Below, piece after piece: positions 63,628 to 64,000 of a stretch of DNA of 64,000 nt; positions within the stretch are counted from its first letter, which is position 1, and each line of letters starts with the position of its first letter. The stretch is from Mobula hypostoma (lineage: Eukaryota). The notes beneath the pieces were generated by a model. The model saw only the letters and a program-made list of their open reading frames with translations, had not been told where the DNA came from and ran no database searches. The stretch covers positions 48,858,001-48,922,000 of the forward strand of contig NC_086097.1 in the NCBI RefSeq assembly GCF_963921235.1, written 5' to 3'. A program made the translations under genes and the position numbers.

Positions 63628-64000
63628 ATAGATAGATAGATATACTTTATTAATCCCGAGGGAAATTTTGTTTCGTTACAGCCACACCAACCAAGAATAG
63701 AGCATAAATATAGCAATACAAAAACCACAAATAATCAAACAACAAAATGCAAACTATGCCAGATGGAAATTAAGTCCAGGACCAGTCAATTGGCTCAGGG
63801 TGTCTGACCCTCCACGGGAGGAGCTGCACGTTTGATGGCCACAGGCAGGAACGACCTCCCGTGCCGCCAAGTGTTGTATCACGGTGGAATGTGGCTGAAG
63901 TCCAACAGTAAAAAGTTCAATATCCAGTCTGCAAACACGTTCCTCAATCGCAATATGACCCGGATTGCACCATCTGTTGTTAACCAGATCAGTAAGCTCC
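63628..64000 (-). mobile_element. LINE 3' end (Rex1/Babar-like), running off the window edge
   Basis: (GATA)n tail followed by CTTTATTAATCCCGAGGGAAATT. Minus-strand coding includes RHGRSFLPVAIK. Confidence 0.7.

Noticed and set aside
1..64000. Numerous 60-130 aa ORFs in the supplied track
   Set aside because: Most are antisense or alternate frames of LINE sequence, or chance ORFs without recognisable motifs.

Overview
Eukaryotic, transposon-dense intronic or intergenic DNA. The repeat content (abundant CR1 LINEs, HE1/V-type SINEs, Penelope elements, Rex1-like LINEs) suggests a cartilaginous fish, probably a ray; this is inference. I found no convincing host protein-coding exon, rRNA or tRNA gene, or CRISPR array, and every long ORF is transposon-derived. 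Notable structure: (1) a ~14 kb nest (11255-25460) in which one short CR1 3' fragment was split by a non-autonomous retroposon carrying a Harbinger derivative and by a hAT/Buster transposon. The Buster element in turn holds a Chapaev3-like element, a Hero/R2-like RLE retroposon, two solo LTRs and more CR1s. (2) A Penelope element (28262-29371) with ~450 bp inverted arms, a 14-bp target-site duplication (TSD) and a minimal hammerhead ribozyme on each strand. (3) A Helitron (49528-54574) with both termini, whose helicase ORF rejoins in frame once a CR1 insert is removed. (4) A young, nearly intact CR1 (44557-48424). (5) An unassigned decayed coding-like segment at 2246-3164 (-). I see no clear evidence of a wholly new biological system; the best leads are listed as findings.
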